Counted from the first letter of the stretch, positions 1 through 10,363 are shown. The stretch: 32,000 bases of DNA from an uncultured bacterium (GCA_964465735.1 CAYXKT010000010.1:2925-34924), one strand, 5' to 3'. Numbers and translations: made by a program. Notes: a model not told the origin generated them from the sequence alone.

Positions 1-473
1 TCTCCAATCTGGTGGTGGCCCAGTTGCTCTACCTGCAGATGGAGGACCCGGAGAAGGATATCAGCCTCTATATCAACACCCCGGGTGGGGCGGTGACTGC
101 CGGGCTGGCAATTTACGATACGATGCAGTTTGTCCGTTGTGACGTCACCACTTATTGCGTCGGCCAGGCCAGCAGTATGGGGGCGCTGCTTCTGGCGGCG
201 GGGACCAGAAAGAAAAGGTTCGCCCTCCCCCACGCCCGGATAATGATCCATCAACCCTGGGGCGGTACCCAGGGTGCGGCGTCGGATATCAGCATCCAGG
301 CCCGAGAAATATTGCGGTTGCGGGGGAAGCTCAACGAGTTGATGGTTTACCATACCGGACAGACCCTGGCCAAGATCGAAAAGGACGCCGACCGGGATTT
401 CTTTATGACCGCTGAGGAAGCCAGGGATTATGGCCTGGTGGACGTGGTGATAACCTCGAAAAAGGAGAAATAA
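1..473 (+). CDS. clpP: ATP-dependent Clp protease proteolytic subunit ClpP, 5' truncated by window edge
   Basis: Frame opens upstream of position 12 (..[29 protein letters not shown]..). Contains the active-site regions [14 protein letters not shown] and [12 protein letters not shown]. Followed 4 nt later by clpX. Confidence 0.97.
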   Translation, partial: SNLVVAQLLYLQMEDPEKDISLYINTPGGAVTAGLAIYDTMQFVRCDVTTYCVGQASSMGALLLAAGTRKKRFALPHARIMIHQPWGGTQGAASDISIQAREILRLRGKLNELMVYHTGQTLAKIEKDADRDFFMTAEEARDYGLVDVVITSKKEK

Positions 474-477
474 GACG

Positions 478-1731
478 ATGGCGGGTAAGCATCAAGCGCC
501 TCCTAATTGTTCGTTCTGCGGCCTCTCCGCCGACCAGGTGGGCCGACTGATTACCGGCCGGGAAGGCCTGATCTGCGAAAACTGTGTCCGGCTCTGTTCC
601 GAGATGCTCGAGGAGAAGCAGACCAAGCCGAAGCCGAAGAAACCGGCTCTCCCCGCCACCACTCCGACGCCGATGGAGATCAAGGATTACCTCGACGGCT
701 ACGTGGTGGGCCAGGAAATGACCAAGAAGATCCTGGCGGTGGCCGTCCATAATCATTACAAACGGATCCGGGAGCTGGAGAAAGCCGGCGCGGTTGAACT
801 GGAGAAGAGCAATATTTTGATGCTTGGCCCCACCGGTTCGGGAAAGACCCTCCTGGCCCGGACCCTGGCCCGCTGCCTCCACGTCCCCTTTGCTATTGCC
901 GACGCCACCACTATCACCGAGGCCGGTTACGTCGGTGAGGACGTGGAAAATATAGTTCTTCGGCTCCTCCAGGCGGCTGATTACGAAGTTCTGCGGGCTC
1001 AGGTCGGGATTATCTATATCGATGAGATCGACAAGATCTCCCGGCGGACCGAGAATGTCTCGATCACCCGGGACGTTTCCGGAGAAGGAGTTCAGCAGGC
1101 GCTTTTAAAGATCTTCGAGGGAACAATCTGTAATATCCCCCCCAAGGGCGGGAGGAAACACCCCCACCAGGAGTTTATCCCGGTGGATACCAGCAACATT
1201 CTTTTTATCTGCGGCGGAGCTTTCAACAACCTGGAGAACCTGGTCCGGAATCGGCTGGGGAAGCGGATGATCGGTTTCGAATCCAGCGCCGCCAAACAAC
1301 GAGAATTAAAACGAGGCGACCTTCTCTCCCTGGCTGAGCCGGAAGACTTGATCCGCTACGGGCTGATCCCGGAGTTCATCGGGCGGCTGCCTGTGACCAC
1401 CGCTCTTTATGACCTCACTCCGGCGGACCTGGTCACCATCCTGACCGAGCCGAAAAACGCCCTGCTCAAACAGTACTCTCGCCTGCTGGAAATGGAAGGC
1501 GTAGAGCTAAGTTATACCCGGGGCGCACTGAAATATCTGGCCGAGGAAGCGACCCGGAAGGGGACCGGGGCCCGGGCCCTGCGCGGGATCCTGGAGCGGG
1601 TAATGCTCGACGTGATGTACGAGATCCCGTCCCGGAAAGATCTGAAAGAGTTCCAGTTGACCCGGACGCTTCTGAAGAAGCTCTGCCGGGCAACTTCCGT
1701 CCCCGGTTCTTCCACCCTCCAGGCCGCCTGA
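478..1731 (+). CDS. clpX: ATP-dependent Clp protease ATP-binding subunit ClpX
   Basis: N-terminal zinc-binding domain [14 protein letters not shown], Walker A GPTGSGKT, Walker [11 protein letters not shown]-terminal [12 protein letters not shown]. 417 aa. Confidence 0.98.
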   Translation: MAGKHQAPPNCSFCGLSADQVGRLITGREGLICENCVRLCSEMLEEKQTKPKPKKPALPATTPTPMEIKDYLDGYVVGQEMTKKILAVAVHNHYKRIRELEKAGAVELEKSNILMLGPTGSGKTLLARTLARCLHVPFAIADATTITEAGYVGEDVENIVLRLLQAADYEVLRAQVGIIYIDEIDKISRRTENVSITRDVSGEGVQQALLKIFEGTICNIPPKGGRKHPHQEFIPVDTSNILFICGGAFNNLENLVRNRLGKRMIGFESSAAKQRELKRGDLLSLAEPEDLIRYGLIPEFIGRLPVTTALYDLTPADLVTILTEPKNALLKQYSRLLEMEGVELSYTRGALKYLAEEATRKGTGARALRGILERVMLDVMYEIPSRKDLKEFQLTRTLLKKLCRATSVPGSSTLQAA

Positions 1732-1796
1732 AGCGGCTGGGTCGCTCGGTCTGCCCCCGCCGTGGGCCGGGGTATTGATTTTAGGTTTCTGGAGAA

Positions 1797-2525
1797 ATGC
1801 AAGAGACGACCGGAAATTTCCCCCGCCATATCGCCATCATTATGGACGGTAACGGACGCTGGGCTCAGGGTCGGGGACTCTCCCGTCTGGAAGGGCATCG
1901 GGCGGGGGCGGAAGCGGTCCGGCGGGTGACTACCGCCGCCGCCGAGATCGGGATCGAATATCTGACCCTCTACGCCTTTTCGGTGGAGAACTGGCGTCGG
2001 CCCCGAAGGGAAATTCAGGGACTGATGCGTTACCTGCGGGAGTACCTGAAGAACGAGTTACCCCTGATGAAAAAGCACCAGATCCGGCTCAAAGCGATCG
2101 GGCGGCTCGATGAATTCCCGGCCTCGGTCCGCAAATCCCTGGACCGGACGATTGCCGCCACCGCCGCCCACCAAGGTCTTACCCTCACCCTGGCTCTCAG
2201 TTATGGCGGTCGGGCGGAGATCATCGATGGGATCCGGCAAATCGTCAGAGAAGCTCGAGAAGGCGGATTGGAACCGGAGCGGATCGACGAGGAGTTTTTT
2301 TCCCGCTATCTTTATGACCCCGATCTCCCGGATCCCGATCTCCTGATCCGGACCAGCGGGGAGATGCGGGTCAGTAACTTTCTCCTCTGGCAGATCTCCT
2401 ATAGCGAATTCTGGCTGACCGAAGACTGCTGGCCGGATTTCGACCGGGAACGGTTGCTCCTGGCGATCGCCGATTACCGGAAGCGCGACCGCCGTTATGG
2501 CGGTCTGGGTGTCGGTGTCCGGTAA
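1797..2525 (+). CDS. uppS: Undecaprenyl diphosphate synthase (cis-prenyltransferase)
   Basis: HIAIIMDGNGRWAQGRGLSRLEGHRAG signature and the C-terminal DLLIRTSGEMRVSNFLLWQISYSE motif. Confidence 0.97.
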   Translation: MQETTGNFPRHIAIIMDGNGRWAQGRGLSRLEGHRAGAEAVRRVTTAAAEIGIEYLTLYAFSVENWRRPRREIQGLMRYLREYLKNELPLMKKHQIRLKAIGRLDEFPASVRKSLDRTIAATAAHQGLTLTLALSYGGRAEIIDGIRQIVREAREGGLEPERIDEEFFSRYLYDPDLPDPDLLIRTSGEMRVSNFLLWQISYSEFWLTEDCWPDFDRERLLLAIADYRKRDRRYGGLGVGVR

Positions 2526-2556
2526 TTGTAAAAACTGTTAAAGGAGAGTAGGAATA

Positions 2557-3420
2557 ATGTCGAAACGCCGGGTGATGACTGCCATCCCCCTGATCCTGAT
2601 TCTGATCGGGGTGATTTATTTCAGCGGCCGGGCGCCGATCTTATTTTTTCTGGTCGGAAACCTCTTTGTCGGTCTGGGGATGCGGGAGTTCACCCGACTC
2701 ACTGATGGGATCCGCTCGATGGGTATTATCGGGGGGGTCTGTCTTTTCTCTTCAGTTTTTATCTCCGCCCTTGGTCCGGGAGGGCTCCCGGCGCACTTTT
2801 CTGACTGTATCGGGTCCGGCCAGGGAGACGCGGTGCTTTTTTTGATCGTGGTCGGGTTGTTCCTTTTTCAGGCTACCCGGACTGACGGGGGGCCGGCGAT
2901 CAACCGGATCAGTACTACCCTGACCGGGATTGTTTACGTCGCCTGGCTCTTCTCATTTTTTCCCCGGATCAACTATTATTTCCCCGCCGATGCTTCCGGG
3001 GGGTTGCCGGGGCGGTTCTACATCTTCTTTCTCGTCCTGGTGGTTAAGGTCAATGACAGCGCCGCCTATTATTTTGGTTCCCGCTGGGGAAAGACCAAGT
3101 TGATCCCCCGGATCAGTCCGGGCAAGACGGTGGAAGGGGCGGTCAGCGGGGTTCTGGCCGGAGGGGTGAGCGCGGTGGCCGGGAAGTTTCTCTTTTCCCT
3201 GACCCGCCTGACCTGGCCGGCGGCCCTGACCCTGGGTCTGGTTTTGGGGACGGCGGCGGTTTTGGGGGACCTGGCGGAGTCGCTCCTGAAGCGCTCGGGC
3301 GGGAGAAAAGATTCCGGCCGGACCCTCCCGGGTATGGGGGGGATACTTGATCTCCTCGACAGTCTGTTCTTTACCTCGCCACTGCTCTACTTTTATCTGA
3401 AACTGGTTCTGAAATTGTGA
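2557..3420 (+). CDS. cdsA: Phosphatidate cytidylyltransferase, polytopic membrane protein
   Basis: C-terminal signature SLLKRSGGRKDSGRTLPGMGGILDLLDSLFFTSP and GKTVEGAVSGVLAGG; lies between uppS and dxr. Confidence 0.95.
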   Translation: MSKRRVMTAIPLILILIGVIYFSGRAPILFFLVGNLFVGLGMREFTRLTDGIRSMGIIGGVCLFSSVFISALGPGGLPAHFSDCIGSGQGDAVLFLIVVGLFLFQATRTDGGPAINRISTTLTGIVYVAWLFSFFPRINYYFPADASGGLPGRFYIFFLVLVVKVNDSAAYYFGSRWGKTKLIPRISPGKTVEGAVSGVLAGGVSAVAGKFLFSLTRLTWPAALTLGLVLGTAAVLGDLAESLLKRSGGRKDSGRTLPGMGGILDLLDSLFFTSPLLYFYLKLVLKL

Positions 3421-4568
3421 AAAATATCGTCATTCTCGGTTCTACCGGTTCGATTGGGGTCAATACCCTGGAGGTGATTCGTCGGGACCGGAACACATTT
3501 TCTCTGCTTGGGCTGGCCGCCGGGAACAATATCGATCTCCTGAAACGGCAGGTTGATGAGTTTTCTCCCCGCCGGACGGTAGTGGCCGACCCCGACCGGG
3601 CAGAAATATTTCGCTCCCGGCTGACCGGTGGTCCTGAAGTTTTGACGGGAGAGGAGGGGATGGTTGAACTGGTCTCCGATCCTGAAGTCGATCTGGTGGT
3701 GGTCGCGGTGCCGGGGACGGCCGCTCTTCTCCCCGCCCTGGCGGCGATCGAACTGGGTAAGGATATCGCCCTGGCCTCCAAAGAAATCCTGGTCGCGGCC
3801 GGGGAACTGACGATGGCCGCGGCCAAAAAGCACGGGATTCGGATCCTCCCGGTGGACAGTGAGCACTCCGCCATCTTCCAGTGTTTGCAGGGATTGAGAC
3901 CGGATCAGGTGCAGAGGATTATTCTCACCGCTTCCGGGGGCCCGTTCCTCAATGCTTCCGGCGATGAATTGGCCCGGGCTACCCCGGAGGCGGCCCTGGC
4001 CCATCCCCGCTGGAAGATGGGGAAGAAAGTCAGCCTCGACTCGGCCACGATGATGAACAAGGGGCTGGAGGTGTTGGAGGCCCACTGGCTCTTCTCGATT
4101 CCCCTGGACCGGATTGAGGTGGTCATCCATCCCCAATCCATAGTTCATTCCCTGGTGGAGACCACAGACGGCTCGCTCCTCGCCCAACTCAGTCTCCCCG
4201 ATATGCGGCTGCCGATTTCCGGCGCGCTTTATTACCCTGACCGTTCCCCGGATAACTTCCGCCGGACCGTTTTAACCGATCTTGAGGCGCTGACCTTCCA
4301 AAAACCCGACCCCGCACTCTTCCCCGCTCTCAATCTGGCCCTCCGCAGCGGCCGGGCCGGGGGTACACTGCCCGCGGTAATGAATGCCGCCAACGAGGTT
4401 GCCGGAGAAATTTTCCTGGCCGGGAAGATCCCTTTCCTCAAGATAATGGAGGTGGTGGAGCAGGTGATGGACAGCCACCTGGTGGTGGCTGAGCCCGATC
4501 TGGAAGCCATCCTGAAGGCCGATCATTGGGCCCGGGGAGAGGCAAGGGCAGTGATCGGTGAGCAGTGA
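3417..4568 (+). CDS. dxr: 1-deoxy-D-xylulose-5-phosphate reductoisomerase
   Basis: NADPH-binding IVILGSTGSIGVNTLEVI, PVDSEHSAIFQCLQG and the substrate-binding region HPRWKMGKKVSLDSATMMNKGLEVLEAHWLF. Overlaps the cdsA stop by 4 nt. Confidence 0.97.
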   Translation: MKNIVILGSTGSIGVNTLEVIRRDRNTFSLLGLAAGNNIDLLKRQVDEFSPRRTVVADPDRAEIFRSRLTGGPEVLTGEEGMVELVSDPEVDLVVVAVPGTAALLPALAAIELGKDIALASKEILVAAGELTMAAAKKHGIRILPVDSEHSAIFQCLQGLRPDQVQRIILTASGGPFLNASGDELARATPEAALAHPRWKMGKKVSLDSATMMNKGLEVLEAHWLFSIPLDRIEVVIHPQSIVHSLVETTDGSLLAQLSLPDMRLPISGALYYPDRSPDNFRRTVLTDLEALTFQKPDPALFPALNLALRSGRAGGTLPAVMNAANEVAGEIFLAGKIPFLKIMEVVEQVMDSHLVVAEPDLEAILKADHWARGEARAVIGEQ

Positions 4569-4670
4569 GCAGGACTATCAATCCTTTAGCTTCCGGGACA
4601 ATTTTAAATATCACTTAAAGAACGAGGTTCAATCCGGATTTCTCAAAAAAAACTATTACCTAAATTGAGC

Positions 4671-4776
4671 GATTCTATGACGAAGCAATCTGTTTATTCT
4701 GTCGTGAGATAGCTTGGTCACTTCCGTTTTTCGCAATGACAAATGCTGCGTGGTATCAGGTTTTCGGTCAGAGGTT
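4671..4776 (+). repeat. Copy 1 of a dispersed, decayed intergenic repeat (REP/MITE-like)
   Basis: Shares the exact 13-mer GCTTGGTCACTTC (4712-4724) and then GACAAAT and CAGGTTT at near-identical spacing with 25247-25360. Located in the dxr-rseP spacer. Confidence 0.65.
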
Positions 4777-4839
4777 AATTGAGGATAAGACCAACCGAAT
4801 ATTTTCACAGAACGTATCTGCCAACTAAGGTAAAATAAA

Positions 4840-6462
4840 ATGCCGATAATTCCCCCCGCTCTAATCAACATCGCCAAGTTCGTTGTCCTCCTCGGGATAT
4901 TGATCTTTGTCCACGAACTCGGTCATTTCCTTGTCGCCCGTCGCTGCGGGGTTTATGTCAAGAAGTTCTATCTCGGCTTTGATATCGGGGGGGTGAAGCT
5001 CTTGCGCTATCGGGGCCGGGAGACCGAGTACGGGATCGGGATTCTGCCTTTGGGCGGCTATGTCAAGATGGCCGGCCAGGAAGATCTCCCTCCAGGAGAT
5101 GAGGAAGGGCTGAAAAAACTGGAAGAAGAAGATCAGGATATTGCGCCCGAACGCCGTTTCGACCGCAAGCCGCTCCGCCAGCGGGCGGCGATCGTGGCCG
5201 CCGGCCCGGTGATGAACCTTCTGCTCGGGGTTTTACTCTTCATCGCGATCGCCCGGATCGGGATTAAGACCCCGGTTTATCTTACCGAACCCCGGATCGG
5301 CCTGGTCGGGGAGGGGATGCCGGCCGAACGGGCCGGGATCCGGCCGGGCGACTTGGTCCGGGAGATTGCCGGCCGGGAAGTTGACGATTGGGATGATCTG
5401 TTCCGGAAACTTCGGTCCAGTCGGGCCGGCGAAGAACTGCCGATAGTTATTGAGCGGGAGGGGAAGACCCGGACCGTGACGGTGGTCCCGGAGCAATTGT
5501 CCGGGGTGGGTTTTTCTCAGATCGGGATTTCTCCGGCCGGAAAGGTGGTGATCGGGGGACTGGACCCCGATTCTCCGGCGTCTCGGGCGGGGTTGGAGGA
5601 GGGGGATATCCTGATCCGCCTTAACGGCGAAGAACTGCTGGCCCCCGCCCCCCAGGAGATACTCGAAGATTTTACCGGTGAGCTGATCTCCCTGGAGGTT
5701 ATCCGGCCGGAGACCGGAGAGATTCACCAACTCTTTATCCCGGCCGATCATCCGTCCTTTATCTCAGGTCTTTATCTCGATCGGGGCCGGGTGGCGGGGG
5801 TCGATCTCCGGGCCGAAGGAGGGGTGGGTAAATTAAAGAAAGGTGACCGGGTGGTGGAGATCGACGGTCATCCGGTGGAGCCGGAGGAAATCTCCGGCCG
5901 GATCGCCCAGGCCGCTCCCGGCCAGGAATTGATTTTCACTCTCCACCGTTCGGGCTGGTTTGCCCTCAAGCCGGCCACCCGGATCACGGTGAGCCTGCCG
6001 GTCGCTTCCCGGGCGGTTCTTTCCGGGGTATTCCTATCTTATGATCAGGAGTCGGTCCTGACCCGTTATTATGGACTGGCGGCGATCCCGGCCGGGTTGC
6101 GGATGGGGATGGAAAAAGCGGGGGAGGTAGTGGAGGTCTTTTATTTTCTTCTGACCGGGCGGCTGGGAGGTACGGCAGTCGGAGGTCCGGTGATGATCTT
6201 CCAGGTGACCAGCGGCGTTCAGGGTTTTTCCGAGTTCCTCGTGCTTTTGGCCTTGATCAGCATCAACCTCGGGTTGATCAACCTTGTCCCTCTCCCGGTC
6301 CTCGATGGCGGGCATCTCCTCTTTTTCGGGTTGGAAGGGCTCATCCGCCGGCCGTTGCCGCCCCGGGTGACTCTAATCGCCCAGCAGATCGGACTGGCGG
6401 TGATCGTCGGCTTGATCCTGCTCATAACCTACAAAGATATCCTGCGCCTTTTGGGATATTGA
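4840..6462 (+). CDS. rseP: RseP-type site-2 intramembrane zinc metalloprotease with PDZ domains
   Basis: HELGH zinc motif in the first TM, PDZ-like segments, C-terminal LVPLPVLDGGHLLFF motif. Position between dxr and ispG is conventional. 540 aa. Confidence 0.93.
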   Translation: MPIIPPALINIAKFVVLLGILIFVHELGHFLVARRCGVYVKKFYLGFDIGGVKLLRYRGRETEYGIGILPLGGYVKMAGQEDLPPGDEEGLKKLEEEDQDIAPERRFDRKPLRQRAAIVAAGPVMNLLLGVLLFIAIARIGIKTPVYLTEPRIGLVGEGMPAERAGIRPGDLVREIAGREVDDWDDLFRKLRSSRAGEELPIVIEREGKTRTVTVVPEQLSGVGFSQIGISPAGKVVIGGLDPDSPASRAGLEEGDILIRLNGEELLAPAPQEILEDFTGELISLEVIRPETGEIHQLFIPADHPSFISGLYLDRGRVAGVDLRAEGGVGKLKKGDRVVEIDGHPVEPEEISGRIAQAAPGQELIFTLHRSGWFALKPATRITVSLPVASRAVLSGVFLSYDQESVLTRYYGLAAIPAGLRMGMEKAGEVVEVFYFLLTGRLGGTAVGGPVMIFQVTSGVQGFSEFLVLLALISINLGLINLVPLPVLDGGHLLFFGLEGLIRRPLPPRVTLIAQQIGLAVIVGLILLITYKDILRLLGY

Positions 6463-6501
6463 AAAGGATGACAATCGATAATCAGTGTCCGGTAATCGGT
6501 A

Positions 6502-7587
6502 ATGAGCGATGATATGCAGAGGCGGGTGACACGACAGGTGATGGTCGGTCCGGTCCCGGTCGGGGGCGGGACGGAGATCTCCGTCCAGTCGATGACCAAG
6601 ACCGATACCCGGGATGTCGAGGCGACTGTAAAGCAGATCGAGGAATTGGCGGCGGCCGGCTGCGAGATTATCCGGACGGCGGTTCCTGACCCCGCGGCGG
6701 CGGTGGCCCTGAAAGAGATCTGTCGCCGTTCCCCGTTGCCCTTGATCGCCGATATCCACTTTGATCATCGCCTGGCCCTGCTCGCGGCTGAGGCCGGGGC
6801 GGCCGGCTTGCGGATCAATCCGGGAAATATCGGGGCCGCCGGGAAGGTGAAGGAGGTGGTCAGTGCCTGCCGGGAGAAAAATCTCCCGATCCGGGTCGGG
6901 GCCAACGAGGGGTCGCTGAGCCGGGAGATGGAAGAGAAGTACGGCGGACCCACCCCCCGGGCCCTGGTCGAGTCCGCGCTTCGGGAAGTGGCGATCATTG
7001 AGCGGGAGGGATACGGAGAGATCAAGATCTCGGTCAAGGCCTTTGATGTCTTCACCTCCCGGGAGGCTTACCGGCTGCTCTCCTCGAAGACCGATTACCC
7101 GCTTCACGTTGGGATCACCGAGGCCGGGCCTCCGCTTCCCGGGACTGTCCGTTCGGCGATCGGGATCTCAATGCTCCTTTTAGAGGGGATCGGGGATACA
7201 CTTCGGGTCTCTCTCTCCGGCCCACCCGCCGCTGAGGTCCGGGTGGCCCGGGAGATACTTCAGACCCTGGGCTGCCGCGGCTTTGGACCGGTGATCGTCA
7301 GCTGTCCGACCTGCGGCCGGACCCGGATCGATCTTCTGGCTTTGCTTGAGGAGGTGGAGGAGAAACTGGACCGACTCCCGGACAAGGAACGTCTGGCCGG
7401 CTGCCGGGTGGCGGTGATGGGGTGCGAGGTCAACGGGCCCGGGGAAGCTAAACAGGCCGAGATCGGGATCGCCGGGGGGCGGCAGGACGCCCTGCTCTTC
7501 AAGCGGGGGAAGGTGATCGGGCGTTATCCTCTAAAGGAGGTGGTCGATGTCCTGATCTCCGAGCTGGGTACCGGGGGCGAGCGATGA
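6502..7587 (+). CDS. ispG: 4-hydroxy-3-methylbut-2-en-1-yl diphosphate synthase
   Basis: VPVGGGTEISVQSMTKTDTRD N-terminus, PLIADIHFDHRLAL, Fe-S cysteines in SCPTCGRTRIDL and MGCEVNGPGEAKQAEIGIAGG. Confidence 0.97.
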   Translation: MSDDMQRRVTRQVMVGPVPVGGGTEISVQSMTKTDTRDVEATVKQIEELAAAGCEIIRTAVPDPAAAVALKEICRRSPLPLIADIHFDHRLALLAAEAGAAGLRINPGNIGAAGKVKEVVSACREKNLPIRVGANEGSLSREMEEKYGGPTPRALVESALREVAIIEREGYGEIKISVKAFDVFTSREAYRLLSSKTDYPLHVGITEAGPPLPGTVRSAIGISMLLLEGIGDTLRVSLSGPPAAEVRVAREILQTLGCRGFGPVIVSCPTCGRTRIDLLALLEEVEEKLDRLPDKERLAGCRVAVMGCEVNGPGEAKQAEIGIAGGRQDALLFKRGKVIGRYPLKEVVDVLISELGTGGER

Positions 7588-9128
7588 GCGAGATCCGGCG
7601 GCTGACCGGGAATACTACCGCCCTGATTCTCAGCCGGGGTGTCCGACTTTTGCTCTCAATGGCCCTGGGAGTGGTCCTGGCCCGTTACCTGGGCGACCTC
7701 CATTACGGCAACTGGACCGTGGCCCGCTCCCTGGCCGCTCTTTTGACTATCCTCTGTTCCCTGGGGATGAGCCAGATCGCTATCCGGGAGTGCTCTCCCC
7801 GGCCGGGGGAGATCGGGCGCTATCTGGGCACGGTCCTCTCCCTCCAGGCCGTTCTCTCCGCCGGCAGCGTCCTGGCCGCCCTGGTCCTGGTGTACGGACT
7901 TGGTTACCGGGCCGAGATCGCCTGGCTGGTCTTCATCGCCCTGGGAATCTACCTGCTCTCCTCTTTCGGCTCCAACTTCATCATCCAATTTCGTTCCCGG
8001 GAGAAGATGGGGTACGAGGCCCTGGCCAATACCAGCAAAGACCTGGCTTTGATGTTCCTGGTCTTTCTTGCCGTCTATCTCGGTTGGGGCGTGGTCCGGA
8101 TCGCCGGTCTCTACCTGCTGGCTACCGCCGGGTTCGTGATCTTTGCCTGGTTTCTGGCCGTAAAAAAATTTCCCGGTACCCGCCTCCGGTTCGACCGGAA
8201 GTTGGTCAAACGTCTGTTGCTCGGCGGTCTTCCGATCGGGCTGGCGGTCTTTTTTAACTCTTTTCACGATGTGACCCGGATTGTCCTCCAGAAGACGGTC
8301 GGTTCCTCGGGGGCGGGTCAGTACAGTGTGGCCACTCTGCCCTATCTGGCCCTGGAGAGCACCGTGATCATCGCGATAATGGGGGCGATCTTTCCGCTCC
8401 TTTCCCGGCTCTATCGGGACGATCGCGACCGGCTGGTCAAGATCACCCGGACCTTGAGCCGGTATTTCTATCTCCTTTCCGGGCTCCTGGTCGTTTACTG
8501 TTTGTTTCTCGGTGATGAACTGATCCTTCTGCTCTTTGGTGAACAGTACCTCGATGCCATCCCGGTCTTCAAGGTGCTGGGTCTGGTGATCATCCTGATG
8601 CCTCAGAACTACCTGCTCTTCAACGCGATGGTCGCCTCCCGCAAGGAATGGCTCTTTGCCCTGGCAGTCGGGGCGGCGGCTATTATCAACGGGGCGGGGG
8701 CCTTTCTTTTCAGCGCGCTTTTCTCCCGTCTCTCCCCGACCCCGGTCATCGGGGCTTCCGGCCCTGGCTCGGGGATCCGCCTGCTCGGGGTGACCGGGGG
8801 CCCGGTCGCTCTCTTTATCGCCCAGCTCTTGCTCCTGATTGTCCTGGCGAGGATTTTACGCCGGGAATATCGCCAGGGCCTGCTGGCCCATAACCTCTGG
8901 CGTCCGGTTCTGGCGGCGGTGGTGACCGGAGGGCTGGTCCGCTGGCAGGGGATTCTCGGTTTCCCCCCCGGTGTCATTCTGGCCACCAGCGCGGTAGTTT
9001 ACGCGGTCGCCCTCTATGGGTTGGGGACGGTTACTGAGAGGGACCGGGCGGTGTTTCGACAGCTTCTGACAACCTGGCCGCGCTTCTCCCGGCCGTCGAG
9101 CGTTGAGGATGGAGAGGCCGACCGATGA
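7584..9128 (+). CDS. Wzx-like oligosaccharide/polysaccharide flippase, multi-pass membrane protein
   Basis: 514 aa with about 12-14 hydrophobic segments. Begins TTALILSRGVRLLLSMALGVVLARYLGDLHYGNWTVARSLAALLTILCSLGM, typical of RfbX/Wzx flippases. Overlaps the ispG stop. Confidence 0.85.
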   Translation: MSEIRRLTGNTTALILSRGVRLLLSMALGVVLARYLGDLHYGNWTVARSLAALLTILCSLGMSQIAIRECSPRPGEIGRYLGTVLSLQAVLSAGSVLAALVLVYGLGYRAEIAWLVFIALGIYLLSSFGSNFIIQFRSREKMGYEALANTSKDLALMFLVFLAVYLGWGVVRIAGLYLLATAGFVIFAWFLAVKKFPGTRLRFDRKLVKRLLLGGLPIGLAVFFNSFHDVTRIVLQKTVGSSGAGQYSVATLPYLALESTVIIAIMGAIFPLLSRLYRDDRDRLVKITRTLSRYFYLLSGLLVVYCLFLGDELILLLFGEQYLDAIPVFKVLGLVIILMPQNYLLFNAMVASRKEWLFALAVGAAAIINGAGAFLFSALFSRLSPTPVIGASGPGSGIRLLGVTGGPVALFIAQLLLLIVLARILRREYRQGLLAHNLWRPVLAAVVTGGLVRWQGILGFPPGVILATSAVVYAVALYGLGTVTERDRAVFRQLLTTWPRFSRPSSVEDGEADR

Positions 9129-10363
9129 AACCGAAAGTCGCGATGATCTTCTCCCAGTTCCCCTGTTATGACGAGGTCTTTATCCTCCGGGAAATGGTGG
9201 AACTGGAGAGCTCACTCGATCTCTTTATCTTCTCGATCAAGCGCCCCCGCCGTGACCCGGTCCGGCACACGATCGGTCGGGGACTGGCCGGGAAGACGAT
9301 CTATTCCGGGCTCTTCGGGGACTGCCGGGTTCTTCGGGAGAATCTCCGGTTGCTGTTTTCGCAGACCGGGTTATATCTGAAGCTCATCGGTCTGGTTTTT
9401 CGGCTCAATCGCTCCGATCCGGAATTTCTGATCAAGTCATTGGCCATTCTGCCCCAGGCGGTATATTTTGCCCGGCTCTGCCGGGAAAGAGGGGTTGCCC
9501 GGGTTCACGGCCAGTGGGCCACTTACCCGGCTCTGACCGCCCTGATCATCTCCCGGATCAACCGGATCGCCTTCAGTTTCACCGGACACGCTCACGATAT
9601 TTACCTCAAGACTGTCGGTCTGGTCGGCAAGATCCGGGAAGCGGATTTTATCATTACCTGTACCGGGGATAATCGGCGCTACCTCGCCGCCCTCGATCCG
9701 GAGATCCGGCCGGAGAAGATCCGGGTGATCTACCACGGCGTTGACCTTGCCCATTATCAGCCGAAGAGCGAAATTGGGGGTGAGGTTGCGCCGGAAGGAG
9801 CCGGTCCCTTCCGGATCCTCTCGGTGGGGAGTTTATTTGAGTGCAAGGGGTTTGAGTATCTGATCGAGGCTGGAGAAATCCTTCGGCGGGAAGACTTTGA
9901 TTTTCGCTGCCGGATAGTCGGCGGTGGTTATCTCGAGGATCGTCTGAAGAAGATGGTGGAAGAGAAGGGTCTGAGCGGATATATTGAATTTTCCGGCTAT
10001 CAGGCCCAGGATGAGATGCCCCGGCATTATCGCTGGGCCGATCTTTTTATCCTCCCGGCGGTCTTGAAAATTCACTGGGGGATCCCCAATGTGCTTTTAG
10101 AGTCGTTGGCCGTCGGAGTCCCGGTCGCCTGTACGCCGCTGCCCTCGCTGGGGGAGGTGATCGAAAATCCGCCCTGCGGGTTTGCCATCCCCGAGCGCGA
10201 TCCGGCGGCGATCGCCGATCTGGTCCGGAAAGTCAGCCGGGACCGGGAACTATTAAGGAAGTACGGCCAAGCCGGGCGGGAAAAGATTGTCGAGAAGTGG
10301 GATATCATCAAAACCGCCGCCGCCATCGCCGGCCTCTGCACCGAGCCGTCTGACCGGGAATAA
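9125..10363 (+). CDS. Glycosyltransferase family 4
   Basis: FSFTGHAHDIY, RVIYHGVDLAHYQP, FRILSVGSLFECKGFEYLIEAGEIL and the nucleotide-sugar region VLKIHWGIPNVLLESLAVGVPVACTPLPSLGEVIE. Confidence 0.9.
   Translation: MKPKVAMIFSQFPCYDEVFILREMVELESSLDLFIFSIKRPRRDPVRHTIGRGLAGKTIYSGLFGDCRVLRENLRLLFSQTGLYLKLIGLVFRLNRSDPEFLIKSLAILPQAVYFARLCRERGVARVHGQWATYPALTALIISRINRIAFSFTGHAHDIYLKTVGLVGKIREADFIITCTGDNRRYLAALDPEIRPEKIRVIYHGVDLAHYQPKSEIGGEVAPEGAGPFRILSVGSLFECKGFEYLIEAGEILRREDFDFRCRIVGGGYLEDRLKKMVEEKGLSGYIEFSGYQAQDEMPRHYRWADLFILPAVLKIHWGIPNVLLESLAVGVPVACTPLPSLGEVIENPPCGFAIPERDPAAIADLVRKVSRDRELLRKYGQAGREKIVEKWDIIKTAAAIAGLCTEPSDRE

Noticed and set aside
403-882. 159-aa minus-strand ORF antisense to clpP/clpX
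   Set aside because: Fully opposite two certain genes. Composition (H/Q/P/G/R-rich) is the typical reverse-frame shadow of a high-GC codon bias, with no recognisable motif.
3393-4187. 264-aa minus-strand ORF antisense to dxr
   Set aside because: Shadow ORF over a well-supported dxr; no domain, signal peptide or ribosome-binding context seen.
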